Assembly: GCA_028534125.1 (NCBI GenBank)
Contig: CM052816.1
Span: 15,688,001 to 15,752,000 of the forward strand
Length of the DNA stretch: 64,000 nucleotides
Direction: 5' to 3'
From: Lama glama
Taxonomy: Eukaryota
Positions 61,401 through 64,000 of the stretch are shown piece by piece (position 1 is the first letter of the stretch; every line of letters begins with the position of its first letter). The notes beneath the pieces were generated by a model. The model was not told the DNA's origin. It was given only the letters and a program-made list of their open reading frames with translations, and did no database searches. The position numbers were made by a program, and so were the translations under genes.

Positions 61401-61690
61401 ATGGCCCAGAATATGATCTAGTTTGGTAAATGTTCCGTATGCACTTGAAATGAGTATATTCTGGTGTTGTTCAGTGGAGTGGTCCGTGAGTGTTAATTAG
61501 GATTATTGGGGGTTTGTTCTAGTGGATAGTAATTTACAATCTTTTGCTGTTAAAATGATCAATGAACATCATTAATTCCTGTAAGTGAAAATTGCTTGAT
61601 GAAATGTGCCTTTAAACTTTTGACAGGTTTAACCAAATGTCCCTCCTATAGGTTACACCAATTTCAATCCCACCCGCAACGTATAAGGGC
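58425..61690 (-). mobile_element. Large decayed L1M block (ORF2 antisense at about 58830-61500 with flanking L1 3' pieces)
   Basis: Continuous antisense ORF2 motifs (accatttgttgaaaaga; ttagaatcagcttgtcaatttct; gtagatgccctttatcagatcgaggaagttcc; gctgcatcccacaaattttgg; tatggcccagaatatgatcta). Confidence 0.9.
60333..60435 (-). mobile_element. Young 5'-truncated camelid-type L1 3' end with perfect 14-bp TSD
   Basis: tttttaacattttttattgatttataatcattttacaatgttgtgtcaaattccagtgttcagcacaattttttcag flanked by tgatttgattttct at 60319-60332 and 60436-60449. Confidence 0.9.
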
Positions 61691-62139
61691 TGTCATAGCG
61701 CGCATTACACGGCTTGCTTCACAAAGTAGCCTCATCATTCATCACTGTACTCCCAGCACCTGACACGAGGCCTACAAACTTCATCTCCGCCTACTTTGTC
61801 CTTCTTCAAAATGACTTGATTATACTTGGCCCACAGGGTGTCACTCTTTAAATTTGACTGCAGCATTTCCCCTAGGGCTCGGGAACAGGGGAAGGCCTCT
61901 TCTCTCCTTCTCCCTTCACACCCTCATCTCAAGGACCTGCCTTCTCCAGATTGGCTTCCCTGATGGCTGTGACCCTCAGAGATCTTGTTCATCTCTGAAC
62001 TGCTACATTGAAAGTTGTACCCCACAGTCTAAGGCTTGATCATATCCTGTTTATTTGCTAATGTTCATATAATTTGTATTACTAACTAGATTTAAAAACT
62101 CCTTCAGAATTGCGATTCCCCCCACCCCGCTCTAAAATA

Positions 62140-62350
62140 CCAGCAAATTGAGTTCCTTTTGTGTGACAGGTCTTGTCCTGGGCACTTGATACTATCATCT
62201 CATCTCGTCTTCACAACAGCCTAGTAAGGCAGGTATCATTTTCCTCAACTTACCTGTGAGGAAACGAGGCTCAGCAAGGTCAGGTGGTGAGTCCAACGTC
62301 ATCAGCTAATGAGACTGAATGGCTCGGCTGGCAGTCAAACTCTGACTCGA
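62140..62350 (-). mobile_element. MIR
   Basis: tcttcacaacagcctagtaaggcaggtatcatt...tgaggaaacgaggctcagcaaggtc. Confidence 0.7.
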
Positions 62351-63754
62351 AACCCATGTATCCTTGGCTTTTAATTCTAGTTTGACGTATAACCTCTTGT
62401 TCTTGCTGGCCAGCAGTCTATCACCATGTGAAACAGGGACAGATTAATCTGTTCTTTGGATGGTATCTGGTTTGTTCTCGGTAGACCTCTTATTACGGCA
62501 GATAGAAGCCCACAGGCTGCTTGTCTGCTGTAGTGTAGACTTCCCTTGCCATCAGCATCCACCCACGGGCTGCCACTCCCTGAACCCCTACTTGCTTAGC
62601 CCACATGGTCTCTATTGTCCCCTCATGGGTTTTCCCTAGGCAATTTTCCTAGGGCGCCCTGAGCAAGGCCAGCAGCAGACGGTAAGTATCTGGAAGCCAG
62701 TGAGGCATGCACTTCATCATCAGAAGCAGAAGTGTGTTCTGTAGGGATGGAAAGCAGACCTCCCACCAGGAGAAACAAACCGAAGGGAACCTGGGTAAAA
62801 GTTTGAACTGAACTCTGCTCCTTTTCTGTCGCTGAGACCTGGAGGAGTTTGGAGCTCTTTGTTGAATCTTTTTCAAACATACCCTACACATGGCTGAAAC
62901 AGATCAAACAGAAACCATCTCTTTGCCAGGATGCTTTAGGAAGCATCTTGCTTCCAGTGCCTTATAGACATGGTCACCTCTGCGCTGCTGAGTCAAATCC
63001 TTTGGTTTCCCCCAGCATCAGCAAACTGGAAGAGAAAACCTCCTTTTTAATTCATTTACCTCCCTTCCCCTAGGGAAGGCATGAAACAGCAAATCTGTAG
63101 AAAGAAGCCCATTTTGCTTTAAGTGGGTTCTTCGGTTAGATCTGAGAGGGAATAAATCCAGCCCTGACTCAGAGTGGGAATGATGAGGGAAGAGGGGAGG
63201 GTGCTATGGGAAAACAATCTAATCCTGGTTTGTCCCACAAAATACCGTTAACATGTCGGTACAGAGGCCCTCTCTGAAGCTGAAGGGGGTGTCTTGGGTT
63301 AAGAATTATGTTGAAATTCGTCATCCTATGAGCCAGCATGGATTCAAACAAATGAGCGGTAAATATTCCTGTTGGTGATGTTCTCCCTTTGTCCTCAAGA
63401 TGAGGTCAGAATTGACTGGAATATGGAGGCAACTCTTCTCACTAAGGGGATGACCCCACAGCTGTTGGGACTTGTGAGGTGCCAAGCCCCATCAGAGGGA
63501 GTCTGAGAGGTGGATAGGTCCTTGAGAAGACATTGGGAGAAGCAATCTTGCAGTTAAAAACATTTTGAGAAAAAACTACAAGTAGCCTCCTGGGGGTACC
63601 ATTTCCTTGGTCCTCAGATGAAGGTGTTGCTTCTCTGCTTGGCAGACATTTCTGTACAACTGTGACCACTCTTCTCACCTTCCTTCTGAGGGTCTCCCAG
63701 CCCACGTCTGTTCTCATTTATTCTCCTGCCTTCCCCAGGAAGCAAGAATATTAT

Positions 63755-64000
63755 TTTCATTCATCTGACAAGCACTATGGACACCCACTGTGTTAGGTGC
63801 CAGGAGGACAGTGAGGAAGGAGAAAAGGTCCCTGTGAGTTAAAGACCATGGTCTAGTCAGGGCAGTGAGGCCACAGGAATCACTGTAGCAGGAGGCACGG
63901 CATGTTGCACCGGAGGGAAGCAACATCTGATCCTGTTCTTCAGGGACGGGTAGGTTTAGAAAGAGAAGGGGCGGCATAAGGAGTCTAGGGGCCAGAATAG
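63755..64000 (-). mobile_element. L2 3' fragment
   Basis: ttcattcatctgacaagcactatggacacccactgtgttaggtgccagg. Confidence 0.55.

Noticed and set aside
62986..62995. TGCTGAGTCA (MARE/ARE) and scattered AP-1 sites such as 22332 and 22412
   Set aside because: Isolated short motifs are expected by chance in 64 kb and have too little supporting context.
1..64000. A novel multi-gene system or known miRNA/snoRNA cluster
   Set aside because: No coding exons or RNA genes that I can recognise. A Rfam/miRBase search and synteny mapping would be needed to exclude small RNAs formally.

Overview
This is mammalian genomic DNA, most likely from a camelid (alpaca, llama or camel). The species call rests on a tRNA-Ala-derived Vic-1-type SINE at 55352-55546 and camelid/cetartiodactyl-type L1 3' ends. 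I cannot support any protein-coding gene: the ORF-track entries look like chance ORFs or decayed L1/transposase frames. Much of the window is interspersed repeat: many L2 and MIR fragments, old L1M pieces, MaLR/ERVL LTRs, a younger ERV1-type solo LTR with a TSD, hAT-Charlie MITEs, an L3/CR1 relic, and a nearly full-length fossil Cheshire/MER58-family hAT transposon. GC-richer unique DNA between the repeats carries candidate regulatory elements: tandem CTCF motifs at about 36.9 kb, a CArG/G4 island at about 45.9 kb, and an NRF1/E-box/Z-DNA island at about 51.2-51.7 kb. L1 and LTR insertions are strongly biased to the minus strand and a few short exon-like segments lie on the plus strand, which suggests an intron or lncRNA transcribed on +. 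I see no evidence of a novel multi-gene system. Repeat family names are from recalled consensus sequences, not a database search, and most repeat boundaries are approximate unless a TSD fixes them.
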